A stretch of DNA of 64,000 bases. Source: Planctomycetota bacterium. Lineage in GTDB: Bacteria > Planctomycetota > MHYJ01 > WSZJ01. The notes under the pieces were generated by a model that saw only the letters and a program-made list of their open reading frames with translations, was not told the DNA's origin and made no database searches. Both the position numbers and the translations under genes were made by a program. Location of the stretch: assembly GCA_038060895.1 (NCBI GenBank), contig JBBTCT010000009.1, positions 176,082 through 240,081 on the forward strand, in the 5' to 3' direction. Shown here one piece after another: positions 23,076 through 33,500 of the stretch (positions are counted from its first letter, which is position 1; every line of letters starts with the position of its first letter).

Positions 23076-23909
23076 TTACAGGCCCGGAGAACTTGCTTCC
23101 GGGGCGCGAACGCGACGGAATGCGGTGCAGGCCGCGATCGCGAATGTGCCGAGCAGGACGATCGCAAACAGCGCGTCGGGAAAGCTGCGCGCGGCCAGCG
23201 AAGCCACCAACAGAGCGACGAATACCGCGGTGAACTCGACCGAGGCGCGCTTCGGGTTCGGCCAGCGCAGAACGATCGCACTCCAGGCAACGAGCGTGCC
23301 CCAACGCCAGAGCGGGAACGAAGTGAGTGAGTAGCGCCACCAGGGCAGAATGATCTTGAGCCCCGGCAGCGACCAGTTCTCGCCGTCGAAGTTCGTTTCG
23401 ACGTCCGGGTTCAGGATTCGATCGCCCTCGACTTCGACCCAGACGTGCTCGTACGACGCTTCGATGCGCGCCTTGAAGCCCCGGTGCCGCAGCAGGGAAG
23501 CGGTGAGGACGGCGATCCCGTCGCAGTCTTCACGCCCGGAAGCAAGCGTCTCGGACGGTGACGGCCAGTAGTCCACGTTCCACCACTGGTCCCAGTCGTT
23601 GGCGTACACAATGCGTTTTTCGACGAACTTCTCGATCCAGGCGACCTGGTGCGGTCGATCGAGGGTCGACGGGATGGAGGCATCGACTTCTGAAGAGAGT
23701 TTCGCCACCGCCGGATCATCGGGCGCGATCAGGGCGTTCGGGTCGCTGAGTGTGCGAACCTCGCGAATCGCCCGCCCTGGATGCGGGAAGAGAAGGAAGA
23801 GGAATCCCGCGGGGAACAGCAGGGCGCGCACGAGCGCCGATTTCCAGCAGAATCGGCGAACGGCCGGGCGGCCGGGTTGGTCTGCCGCCCTGGTTTCGAC
23901 TTCCTGCAC
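23076..23909 (-). CDS. transglutaminase-like domain membrane protein
   Basis: DYWPSPSETLASGREDCDGIAVLTASLL..HVWVEV; N- and C-terminal TM segments. Confidence 0.8.
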   Translation of the reverse strand: MQEVETRAADQPGRPAVRRFCWKSALVRALLFPAGFLFLLFPHPGRAIREVRTLSDPNALIAPDDPAVAKLSSEVDASIPSTLDRPHQVAWIEKFVEKRIVYANDWDQWWNVDYWPSPSETLASGREDCDGIAVLTASLLRHRGFKARIEASYEHVWVEVEGDRILNPDVETNFDGENWSLPGLKIILPWWRYSLTSFPLWRWGTLVAWSAIVLRWPNPKRASVEFTAVFVALLVASLAARSFPDALFAIVLLGTFAIAACTAFRRVRAPEASSPGL

Positions 23910-23912
23910 GGA

Positions 23913-25238
23913 TTACTTCTTCTTCTCGCCGTTCGACTCTGCGCCCTTCGCCTTCAGGCCGTCCACGAGCGCGACCAGCCCGGCAACGAGCGAGTGCATG
24001 CCGTCGGCGCCCGGGCCGATGGAGACAGAGCGCAGCTCATTCGGCTTCGGCATTTTCGAGGCGACCTCGGGCAGCTTATCGATGAGCTGCGCCTGAAGCG
24101 CGGTCGTGGAAAGGTCGTTCTCGACCTTGCGGCGGGCCGCTTCCAGCGCGAGCCCCTTCTCGGCCCATTTGTGATTGAAGACGCGCTGAATCTCATCTCT
24201 CGCGAGGTCTGATTCGGCCTGGAGGCGCGCCATTTCGGACTTCTTGGCGATCTTGTCCTTTTCGTGCACCAGTGTCAGCGCGAGGGACTCAGCTTCAATC
24301 TTTGCCCGCCGAGCCTTTTCGGACTGGTCGCGGTCGAAGGCCGTCGCTTCGGACGCAGCGCGAAGCCGTGCGACCTCAGCCTCGGTTTCGATCTTCAGCT
24401 TCGCGTTTGCTTTCGAGGCCTCGGATTCCTTCGCGTTGACGACGGCCTCGCTGGTGAGCTGCGCCAGACGCGCTTCCTTCGCGCGCTCAGACCTGAACGG
24501 CCGCTGCAGCATCTCCCAGACGGTCGGCGAGCTGACGATCGCTTCCTTGATCTGCACGGTCACGATCCGCAGCCCGAGCCCGCGATCCTGCCCCCCCGAC
24601 TCGCCTTCCATGACTTCCCGGAGCCGCTCCGTCAGTTCCTTGATGATCGGCTGCTTGTCGGCCAGCACTTCGTCGATCGACATCGTCGCGACCTTGTCCT
24701 TGATCGCCGCTTCAGCCTGTTCGCGCAGCTGGACGTTGACGAGGCGCATCGGGTCGAGCGCGTCGGTGAAGTCGCATTTGCGATAGGCAGTCTTGAAATC
24801 CTCGATGATCCACTGCACGTAGCCCTGCACGAGCACGCCCTGGCGTTCCTTGGAGATCGACCGGGCGTTGATCAGGATCGTCTGCATCGCGGCCGGGACG
24901 ACGATGAACGAATCAGTCCAGGGGTCGAAGCGAAACGAGACGCCGAGGCCGACGTTCAGGGGCTCGGGGTTGCCGCGGCGGGTGTGGACGACCCAGCAGT
25001 TCGGCGGGACGACGACGTTTTTCCAGCGCCAGAGCCCGGTGATGCGGTAAGGAACCGCGCCGGAACCGGCGTCCATACCGGACGATTCGGCCTGGAAGAA
25101 GCGCGTCCCGTCGCTCCCGCCTCGGGCCGCGGCCTGGGCGGGCGCTGCGACACGCTGCACCTTGAGCGCGTTCTCAAGATGGACCTGTTCGCGGAGAACC
25201 TGGTCCATGTATTCGTTCTTCATCTGCTGTTGTTCCAT
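23913..25238 (-). CDS. SPFH/band-7 (flotillin-like) protein
   Basis: LREQAEAAIKDKVATMSIDEVL, LGLRIVTVQIKE, Ala/Glu-rich coiled coil; GGAGGGAG RBS. Confidence 0.85.
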   Translation of the reverse strand: MEQQQMKNEYMDQVLREQVHLENALKVQRVAAPAQAAARGGSDGTRFFQAESSGMDAGSGAVPYRITGLWRWKNVVVPPNCWVVHTRRGNPEPLNVGLGVSFRFDPWTDSFIVVPAAMQTILINARSISKERQGVLVQGYVQWIIEDFKTAYRKCDFTDALDPMRLVNVQLREQAEAAIKDKVATMSIDEVLADKQPIIKELTERLREVMEGESGGQDRGLGLRIVTVQIKEAIVSSPTVWEMLQRPFRSERAKEARLAQLTSEAVVNAKESEASKANAKLKIETEAEVARLRAASEATAFDRDQSEKARRAKIEAESLALTLVHEKDKIAKKSEMARLQAESDLARDEIQRVFNHKWAEKGLALEAARRKVENDLSTTALQAQLIDKLPEVASKMPKPNELRSVSIGPGADGMHSLVAGLVALVDGLKAKGAESNGEKKK

Positions 25239-25312
25239 GACCGCTCCCTCCCTGATGGCGCGCTGAAGACAGTAACCCTAACGCGGAAGAGCGGCGAAAT
25301 GTTCTTCGGTGT

Positions 25313-26383
25313 TTACGGCGGCGGCGTGACCCGCACGGTTGCCGGAGTCGCTCCTTCGATGTAGATCCGCGCTCCGATTCCCTCACGCAGCAACTGCGCG
25401 CAACTCGTCACATGCTCCGTCTCTTCGGAGATCAGGAATTCGCTCGGGCTTGAGGCGAGCGCCGCCCAAACGAGAAGCTGATCGGCGAGGTGCCTGTCCA
25501 CCGGCGCCTCTGCGGCGAGTTCGGCAAGCAGCCGCCCTCCCGCCTCTCGGCCGACAGCCTCGCTCATCTTGCCTCGTTCACCGAGAGCGGAAGCGCCGAC
25601 GCGGGCGCCGTTTGCGGCCAGGGCCCACAGCACGATGCCGGCGCCCGGCGAGGGACCCTTCGACAATTCGATTCGGACGTCGTGGTCGCACTCCCGAAGC
25701 GCCGACTTCGCGTCAGCCGTGAGGCCTTTGCCGCTTCGAAGCTCCTTGAGTGCGGCTGCACGAATTCGTTCGGGGACGTGTTCGGGCAGGGAAGACGCGT
25801 ACGCGACGCCGGAGATTCTTACAGGGCCGTTCCAGGAGGTGCGCGCGATCCCTTTCCACTCTGCGGTGGCCGGGCAGGAGACGGTGATTTCGCCGCCACC
25901 AGCCGGAAAGAATCCGCGGCGGACGAGCTCGATGCCGGGCGCGACGCCGATGGAACGCAGTGCGGGAACGAGGATTTCGCGGAACCAGTCGACTGGCGGG
26001 GCCAGCGGATTGTCAGTGCCGCCCGAGACGACCAGGGTTCCGCCGCGGCGGGCGAGAAGCGGAAGCGCGGCTTGAAGCACGAGCATCGTCGAGCCGGCGC
26101 TTCCGATATCGACTGACTCGCGGACGAGGCCGCTGGCGGTCCCTGGAAAGAACTCCACCCACGAAGACCCCTTCACGCAGCCCGCCAGGCGGCCTCCACT
26201 AAGCCGTTCGACGGCGAGAATCGCGGCGAGGTGCTGGCGCTGGAGCCCAGGGTTTCCGCGGCTGCGCCGGATGTTCTCGACGCGGACCGGGACCCCGCGC
26301 AGCGCGGCAATGGCCACCGCCGTACGGACAATCTGTCCGCCGCCGATGGAACCGTCCACGCGCCAGGGGGATGAGGGAGTCAT
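25313..26383 (-). CDS. rtcA: RNA 3'-terminal phosphate cyclase
   Basis: DGSIGGGQIVRTA, NPGLQRQH, AGSTMLVLQ, GGTD, RGFFPAGGGE, VDRHLADQL. Confidence 0.92.
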   Translation of the reverse strand: MTPSSPWRVDGSIGGGQIVRTAVAIAALRGVPVRVENIRRSRGNPGLQRQHLAAILAVERLSGGRLAGCVKGSSWVEFFPGTASGLVRESVDIGSAGSTMLVLQAALPLLARRGGTLVVSGGTDNPLAPPVDWFREILVPALRSIGVAPGIELVRRGFFPAGGGEITVSCPATAEWKGIARTSWNGPVRISGVAYASSLPEHVPERIRAAALKELRSGKGLTADAKSALRECDHDVRIELSKGPSPGAGIVLWALAANGARVGASALGERGKMSEAVGREAGGRLLAELAAEAPVDRHLADQLLVWAALASSPSEFLISEETEHVTSCAQLLREGIGARIYIEGATPATVRVTPPP

Positions 26384-26424
26384 GGTCAAAAAAAATCGCC
26401 ACCGGCTGGGCCGGCGGCGCCTGA

Positions 26425-26508
26425 TGCGGGAAAGAGGAGTTGAACCTCCACGGGTGTGACCCCACTAGCTCCTGAAGCTAGCGCGTCTGCCAATTCCGCC
26501 ATTCCCGC
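26425..26508 (-). tRNA. tRNA-Leu(CAG)
   Basis: GCGGGAA acceptor stem, TGGCGGAATTGGCAGACGC D-arm, CTAGC-TTCAGGA-GCTAG anticodon arm, long variable arm, GGTTCAACTCC T-arm; CCA not encoded. Confidence 0.96.
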
Positions 26509-26659
26509 AGGAACGGCGTATTAATAGGTGCTGGGCGCGGGAAGTTCAAGCGAAAACCGGAGCAGCCTCGCCGCACCGCGCGCAGGGACGGCCGAATTGA
26601 CGCTTCATGGGCACGGGGATAGGATCGCCGGATCGGCATTTGCAAAGGAAACGCTTTCG

Positions 26660-26983
26660 ATGATCCAGACGATCAACAACGCCCAGCTGGAGCAGGGGAT
26701 CGGGAAGCCTGAAATTGCGATCGTGGACGTACGGCAGCCTGAGGAGTTCGCGGCGCGGCACATTCCGGGAGCGATCCTGGCGCCGCACACGGACATCGAG
26801 GTCTATCTCGCGGACCTGCCGCGGGACAAGGACCTGTACGTGCACTGCGAAGTTGGGGGGCGTTCGAAGTACGTCTGCGAGGCGCTGGAGGCGTCGGGGT
26901 TCACCCGGTTGTTCAACGTCGTGCCGGGCATGAGCGCGTGGCGAGGTGTCGTGGAGAAGGGATTGCCGAACGGTTGGAAGTAG
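26660..26983 (+). CDS. rhodanese-like domain protein
   Basis: IVDVRQPEEFAARHIPGA, HCEVGGRS, GMSAW. Confidence 0.9.
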   Translation: MIQTINNAQLEQGIGKPEIAIVDVRQPEEFAARHIPGAILAPHTDIEVYLADLPRDKDLYVHCEVGGRSKYVCEALEASGFTRLFNVVPGMSAWRGVVEKGLPNGWK

Positions 26984-26985
26984 GA

Positions 26986-28077
26986 ATGACCGGGATGATC
27001 ACGCTTGATTCGATTCGCGAGAAAGTGGCTGCGGGGGAGAGGCTCTCCTTCGAGGACGGGTCATTCCTGTATCGCGCGCCGCTCATCGACGTCGGCGAGC
27101 TGGCCAACACCGTGCGCGAGCGGATCAACGGCAACGTCGCCTACTGGGTGTCCAACCGGCACCTGAACTATTCAAACGTCTGCGTGCTGACCTGCCTGTT
27201 CTGCGCGTTTGCGCGGAAGCCCGGCGAGGAAGGCGCGTACGAGTATTCGCTCGACGAGGCGTTTGCCAAGGCCGAGGAGTTGCGCGGGACGAACGCGACG
27301 GAGATCCACATCGTCGGCGGCCTGCACCCGGACCTGCCCTGGGAGTACTACACGGACCTGCTCAAGGGCATCAAGGCCCGGCTTCCGCACCTTCACCTCA
27401 AGTGCTTCACCGCCGTGGAGATCGACTTCTTCGCGAAGAAATTCGGCAAATCCATCGAACAGGTCCTGCGCGAGCTCATGGACGCCGGGCTGGATTCGCT
27501 TCCCGGCGGCGGCGCGGAGATGTTCGCCGAGCGCGTGAGGAAGAAGATCTGCAAGTTCAAGATCACGGGGCAGGAGTGGAAGGACATTCACCGGGTCGCG
27601 CACGGGCTCGGGCTGAAGTCAACGGCGACCATGCTGTACGGGCACATCGAGACGCCCGAGGACTGCGTGGACCACATGGTTCAACTGCGCGAACTCCAGG
27701 ACGTGTCAAAAGGGTTCACAGCGTTCATCCCGCTGCTCTTCCATCCCGAAAACTCGATCCTCTCGCACATCCGCAAGCAGAGCGGCCTCTCCGACCTGCG
27801 GCACATCGCCGTCTCGCGGCTGATGCTCGATAATTTCCCGCACATCAAGGTCTACTGGATCATGACCGGAACGCGCGTGGCGCAGACGGCGCTTTCGTTC
27901 GGCGCCGACGACATGGACGGAACCGTGCGCGAGGAAAAGATCACGCACATGGCGGGAGCTACCAGCCCGCAACAGGTGGATCAGGCCGAACTGGAGGCTT
28001 TGATCCGCGAAGCGCGTCGCGTGCCCGTCCGGCGGGACACCATTTACAAGACGCTCGAAGTCGGCAGGGCCCGATAA
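26986..28077 (+). CDS. mqnE: aminofutalosine synthase MqnE (radical SAM)
   Basis: NRHLNYSNVCVLTCLFCAF, EIHIVGGLHP, LPGGGAE, ATMLYGHIE, HIKVYWIM, FGADDMDGT. Confidence 0.88.
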   Translation: MTGMITLDSIREKVAAGERLSFEDGSFLYRAPLIDVGELANTVRERINGNVAYWVSNRHLNYSNVCVLTCLFCAFARKPGEEGAYEYSLDEAFAKAEELRGTNATEIHIVGGLHPDLPWEYYTDLLKGIKARLPHLHLKCFTAVEIDFFAKKFGKSIEQVLRELMDAGLDSLPGGGAEMFAERVRKKICKFKITGQEWKDIHRVAHGLGLKSTATMLYGHIETPEDCVDHMVQLRELQDVSKGFTAFIPLLFHPENSILSHIRKQSGLSDLRHIAVSRLMLDNFPHIKVYWIMTGTRVAQTALSFGADDMDGTVREEKITHMAGATSPQQVDQAELEALIREARRVPVRRDTIYKTLEVGRAR

Positions 28078-28173
28078 GGGACGGGCTCACCGTCATGCGG
28101 CCCCCTCCGCGAAGCCGCGGCCCGTTCCAGCCAGCCCTCGCGGCATCACCGCTTCTCCTTTAGAATGTCACTC

Positions 28174-28821
28174 ATGTTCCTCGCAAAACTTGTCGTCGGA
28201 CCCTTCGCGGAGAACTCTTACGTCATCGGCGACGAAGCGGCGCGCGAAGGAGCTCTTGTCGATCCCGGCGGCGATGTCGAGGAACTGCTTGAGATCGCGA
28301 AAAATGCCAGACTCAAGGTCGGGAAGATCCTCATTACGCACGCGCACTGGGATCACGTGTTTGGCGTGGCGGAAGCGAAGCGCCTGACGGGCGCAGAAAC
28401 GATCCTGCCCAGGGGCGAGCGGAAAATGCTGGAGGCGCTTGACCGGCAGTCCGAAATGATGGGCCTGCCCGCGCCTGAAGAGCCGGAAATCGACCGGTGG
28501 GTCGACGAGGGGGACACCATCGAGATCGGGAGCCTGGAGTTCCGCGTGATGATCGTCCCCGGTCATTCGCCCGGGCACGGCGCTTTCATCAGTGGGCTCG
28601 ATGCGCTTTCCGGCGACACTCTCATGGCGGGAAGCGTGGGTCGCACGGACCTGCCCGGCGGCAATTTCGAGGTCTTTGCCGACAGCATCACGAACAAGAT
28701 CCTCAAGCTCCCTGACAAGACGCGCATCCATCCCGGCCACGGGCCCTCCACGACGGTGGGCAAAGAGCGCGACTCGAATCCCTTCGTCCTCGAAATGCTC
28801 TCGATGCGGAGCCGCCGGTGA
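28174..28821 (+). CDS. MBL-fold metallo-hydrolase (glyoxalase II-like)
   Basis: THAHWDH, PGHSPG, GDTL, GRTDLPGG, PGHGPSTT. Confidence 0.92.
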   Translation: MFLAKLVVGPFAENSYVIGDEAAREGALVDPGGDVEELLEIAKNARLKVGKILITHAHWDHVFGVAEAKRLTGAETILPRGERKMLEALDRQSEMMGLPAPEEPEIDRWVDEGDTIEIGSLEFRVMIVPGHSPGHGAFISGLDALSGDTLMAGSVGRTDLPGGNFEVFADSITNKILKLPDKTRIHPGHGPSTTVGKERDSNPFVLEMLSMRSRR

Positions 28822-29171
28822 TTGCCACCATCGCGGCGGCCCTCTATTGCCTTGCGATGGCGCTGGCGTCGCGCCTCGTGCCCATGTGCCCGTGCTGCCC
28901 CGAGTCCGTCCGCATCTCCCGCATCGTGGCTGCCATCGCCTGGGTCGTTCTCGCAGGAGCGCTCTTCGCCCTTCCGAGGAAGCGCTTTCACGTGCTGTGC
29001 GGCATCGCGCTTCTTTCGGGCGTCCAGGTTGCAAACTTCTGGGAACAGATGCGTCACGACGAGATGAGTCTCTCGTCCTTCGCAACGCAGACGCTGGCCC
29101 TGGCCCTTCTCGGCGCGACCACTTTCGCAATCATTGCTCTTTTCTCGAAACCCAGGGCCGCGGCGCGATGA
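28818..29171 (+). CDS. small membrane protein with CPCC motif
   Basis: GTGA and ATGA overlaps on both sides; 4 hydrophobic segments. Confidence 0.6.
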   Translation: MIATIAAALYCLAMALASRLVPMCPCCPESVRISRIVAAIAWVVLAGALFALPRKRFHVLCGIALLSGVQVANFWEQMRHDEMSLSSFATQTLALALLGATTFAIIALFSKPRAAAR

Positions 29172-29911
29172 TCGTGCCCTGGTATTCCGCGTTCTTCTTC
29201 GCGCTCGGCGTGGGGCTGCTTGCGTTCTGCCTGCCGGTTCCGATCCGCGAAGTCGGTCGCGGCTTCTACAAGATGATGGCGGGCTGGGCGCTCTTTCTCG
29301 CGGCGTGCGCCACGATGACGCGGCCGCTCGATGCCTCGGCGGCCAGCGTGACGGGCTACGTGTTCCTCGGCGCAGCCGCATTCGTCAACGGTCTCCTCTG
29401 GGCCGGCGCCGAGCGAGCCGCGGCGTGGAGCGCCATCCCCGCCGTGCTCGCAGGCGCCGCCGGCCTCGCCGCCTCCGTGCGCTTTCCCTCCCGCGGCCTT
29501 CCCGCGGAACCCTGGATCGCCGGCGCTTCCCTCGCCGCCAGCGCGGCGATGCTGGGAAGCGTCCTCGACACGATGGTGCTGGGGCACTGGTACCTCGTCA
29601 AAAAGGGAATGTCGTTCGACCACCTGGGCCGCATGAACGCTCTCTTCGCGGGGTCGGTCGCGCTGCGCGCGGTGGTTCTGGGGGCGGAAGCGCTTCTGCT
29701 CACGCAGGTTTTCAGGTCCGCGACGCAGGACCAGCTGATGTTCTTTCTGCGACTCGCCGTCGGCGTGATCGGACCGGCGACGCTGGCATGGATGACGTGG
29801 CGGTGCATCCGAATCAAGGCGAACCAGAGCGCGACGGGGATCCTGTACGTGGCGTGCGTTTTCGTGCTGATCGGTGAGATGGTGGCGACGTGGAGCCTGC
29901 GGGCGCTATGA
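29168..29911 (+). CDS. conserved multi-pass membrane protein (MVLGHWYL / QSATGILY motifs)
   Basis: About 8 TM segments with distinctive polar motifs. Confidence 0.75.
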   Translation: MIVPWYSAFFFALGVGLLAFCLPVPIREVGRGFYKMMAGWALFLAACATMTRPLDASAASVTGYVFLGAAAFVNGLLWAGAERAAAWSAIPAVLAGAAGLAASVRFPSRGLPAEPWIAGASLAASAAMLGSVLDTMVLGHWYLVKKGMSFDHLGRMNALFAGSVALRAVVLGAEALLLTQVFRSATQDQLMFFLRLAVGVIGPATLAWMTWRCIRIKANQSATGILYVACVFVLIGEMVATWSLRAL

Positions 29912-30366
29912 AGATCCGAGTCTGGTGCGAGAGGGACAAGTGCCTCGGCTTCGACGTTGTGACGCCGGAGTCGCCCGTCGGCAAATGTCCTTCCTGCGGG
30001 GACGAGCTGAGAGTGACGCCGCCGGCGGCGCCGGACGACCGCATGGATGTTGCGAAGTGCTGGAGGTGCGGGTGCCCGAACCTGTACGTGGAGAAATCGT
30101 TTCCGCAGGCGCTGGGTTGCCTGGTGATTGCGACTTCGGCGGCGGTGGCGATTTACTACGCACAGCAGACGTATGGGATTTCATTCATGGGAATCGTGGT
30201 GCTCGATTTCATCCTGTACTTTTTCGTGCCCACGCGCGCCGTTTGCTACCAGTGCTCGGCGGAGTACCTGGGTGCGCCGAACAACAAGAGGCACAAGGGG
30301 TACGACCTGCTGATCGCGGGGAAGTATGCGGACACGGAGGATGTGGGTGGGCCAGCGGGGCATTGA
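29908..30366 (+). CDS. multi zinc-ribbon membrane protein
   Basis: CERDKC, CPSC, CWRC, LYVEKSFPQALG, 2 TM, CYQC. Confidence 0.78.
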   Translation: MKIRVWCERDKCLGFDVVTPESPVGKCPSCGDELRVTPPAAPDDRMDVAKCWRCGCPNLYVEKSFPQALGCLVIATSAAVAIYYAQQTYGISFMGIVVLDFILYFFVPTRAVCYQCSAEYLGAPNNKRHKGYDLLIAGKYADTEDVGGPAGH

Positions 30367-30386
30367 GCGGGACTGCTATGCAATTC

Positions 30387-30496
30387 CCAACTCCAACTCC
30401 AACTCCAAAAGGTCCGACGTCGAGATCCTGGACGGGCCATATGGACGGATGCCGAGCGCAACCCAAGTTATCACCTGGAGTTGGGGTTGGAGTTGG
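30387..30496. repeat. inverted repeat of CCAACT hexamer arrays (21-bp arms, 68-nt spacer)
   Basis: ccaactccaactccaactcca (30387-30407) versus tggagttggggttggagttgg (30476-30496), one mismatch. Confidence 0.85.
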
Positions 30497-30597
30497 AATC
30501 TGGAGTTGTCCTTCGCATTTCTCCGGAACTCCGCGTTCCCCCGTGCGTCCAACCCCCCAAGCCACGCTCCAACTGTATCCCACAGGAGACCTTGCTC

Positions 30598-33500
30598 ATG
30601 AGATTCCGCCTCATCGCTTCTGCCGCCGCCGCCGCCCTCGTCGTCCTCGCTTTCACGCTGGTTCGCGCCGGCGATCCATCAGCCGAGGATTCGTGGAAGA
30701 AGGGAAACAAGTTCTACGAGGAGAAGTCGTACAAGAAGGCGCTCGAAAGCTATCTCGAGGTGAAGCGTCTCGCGCCCGAGTTCGTCGAAAAGGACGACCT
30801 GAATCTCCACATCGCCGTCTGCCACCTCCGCCTGCGGCAGTGGGACCCGGCCGAGGCCGCGCTCAAGGTCGCAGCGAAAGGCGAGGATCACTTCAAACTG
30901 CGCTCGCTTGTGCTGCTCGGCCAGCTCTACCGCGACTGGCCGCACGAGGTGTACGTGAAGGGCGAAGAGCGGAAGCGCGGGGAATGGTTCGAGGGCGCGA
31001 CCTACGAGTGGACGCAGGGCGCGGATATGGTGAATGCACTTAAGTGTTTTGAGGAGGCGAAGAAAGTCGGCTACGAGCTGCGCGACCTGTACGCGGCCGG
31101 CCTGACGGCGAACCCGAAGGACCGGGAGTCGATCGACAAGAAGGACCGCCTGGTTCGGACGCTGACGTGCGACCTCAACGCGGAGCTCTGGCCCTTCGTG
31201 GAATCACAGATGGGGCACGCGGGTGCAGGAGTGCGCTGGAAGGACCCGGCAGCGGATGCGAAGCGGTACGACCCTTCCTGGTCCGGAAACGAAAAGGTTT
31301 CGTTCCTGCTCGACGAGATCGTAAAGCTCGATCCGGACGACGAAAAACACTCGAAGTCGGCCGTCGCGATGCGCGACAAGGCGATGTACATCCTGCGCCG
31401 GAACTGGCACTTCGAGGTGAAAGCCGACGACGATCTTCTCACTCAGGCGCTCGGGATTCTCCGCGGCGCGAAGAGCGAGTGGCCCTCTTCCGGAATCGCG
31501 GACCAGATCCAGTACATGATCGCGCGGACGCTGGAGGACCGGGCGCAGTGGGTGGAGGCGGTGGCGGAGTTCAAGAAGGTGCTGGACCACAAGGACTCGA
31601 AGTGGCTGTCGGACGCGCAGTACCACATCCAGGAGATCCAGCGTCCGAGGCTGGGGCTGTCCGGGGCGGCGAACTGGCTGCCCGGGCAGAAAGTGCAGCT
31701 GAACGTGAACTGGCGGAACGTGAAATCAGTCGCATTCACGCTGGATGAATTCGACCTGGAGAAGGCCTGGACGAAGTACGTCGAGCAGCGCGACGGCGAG
31801 TTCACGACAGGCGACTTCGCGAATTTCGCGGCGGCGCGCTCGCCGAAGAAGCTGGCGGGCGCCGAGGTAGCGAGCTGGACGCTGGACACGCAGGACGACG
31901 GCGGGCATGTGCAGAAGGGGCAGGCGATCGACGTCCCGGCGAAAAAGACCGGGTCCTACCTGCTTTCGGCGGAGGCGAACGGCGTGGTGTCGCGTGTCGT
32001 GGTCCTCGTGTCGGATCTCGTGATGATCGAACGAACGGGCCGCGAGGGGCTTTTCTACGTGACCGACGCCGCCACCGGCAAGCCGGAGGACGGCGCCGAC
32101 GTGCGAGTGCTGGAGCGGATCACGTGGTGGGCCAACGGCAAGCAGCAGGTGCAGGACAGCAAGTTCTCGAAGAAGACGGACGCGGACGGGCTCGCTTTCG
32201 TCGATTTCACCGGCGGAAACCGCGGCGCGCAGGTGATGGCGTTTGCGAAGAAGGACGGGCGGCTGGCCATCGCGATGCCGGCGCACCACTACTGGTCGGA
32301 AGAAGGCGGGCGCGGGGCACGCATCGACACCTGGACGGACCGTCCAGTCTACCGGCCGGGACAGGCCGTGAACTGGAAGGCAACGATCCGGGTTCCACGC
32401 ATGACCGGATACGCCGTGCCCGAGGAGCGGACCGTGCACGTGAAGATCACGGACCCGAAGGGAAACGTGCTGGCCGACAAGGACCTGAAAACGAACGAAT
32501 TCGGGAGCATCTCGGGAACCGTAACTCCGGCCGTCAAAGCGGCGCTCGGGGTGTACTCGATCCAGATCCAGGGACCCGAGAATTCGCGCGGCTGGAGCCA
32601 GTTCCGCGTCGAGGAGTACAAGAAGCCTGAAGTGAAAGTCGAGGTCGTCGCAAAGACGGAGCTCGCAAGACTTGGAGAAGGGTTGACCGCCGAAATTCAC
32701 GCGGACTACTACTTCGGCGGCGGCGTCCCCAACGCCGACGTCCACTACACCGTGACCCGTCGCGGATACCATTTCTGGTACCGCGAGCCGCAGGAGTTCG
32801 ACTGGTACTACGGCGACCGCTGGGGCCGCCCGGGCCGCGACTGGAACGAAGAAGTGATCGTTGATGGGCGCGGCAAGACCGACGAGAACGGCGTGCTCCT
32901 CGTCGAGTGGTCCACGCTGAAGGCGAAGTCCGAGATGCCGAATCAGGACCATGAGTACGAGATCCGCGCGGAAGTCACCGACGCTTCACGCCGCACCGTT
33001 GAAGGAACCGGAACCGTCAGGGTCACGCGGACGCAGATGTTTGCGACCATCTCCCCGAAGCGCGGCTTCTACACAGCCGGCGACCACGTGGAGATCGAGC
33101 TGAACACCCAGAACGCGAACAACCTGCCGCTTCCCAGCGAAGGGACCATGACGGTCGCCCGCATCGTCTGGGACGCGAAGATCGAGCCCAACGGGAACTG
33201 GAAGGACGAGCCGTTCTATACGGAACCCGCGACGACCGGGAAGGATGGCCGCGGCTTCTGGAAGTGGCAGGTGGATCGGGGCGGCTTCTACGCGTTCATC
33301 TTCGAGTCGAAGGACGGCTGGGGTGAGAAGGTGACGGGGCGCACGACCATCAACGTTGCGGACCCGAACGCCGCGAATGCCGCGGCAAGGTTCCGGGAAC
33401 TCGACCTTTCGCCCGAAGAGCGCACCTACCGGCCGGGGCAGACGGCGCGGATCCTTCTGTGGAGCGACGTGGCGGGCGCGGCCGTGCTTGTGACTACGGA

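Noticed and set aside
19590-30508. Short repeat arrays as CRISPR
   Set aside because: Units are 6-7 nt without unique spacers, and there are no cas genes
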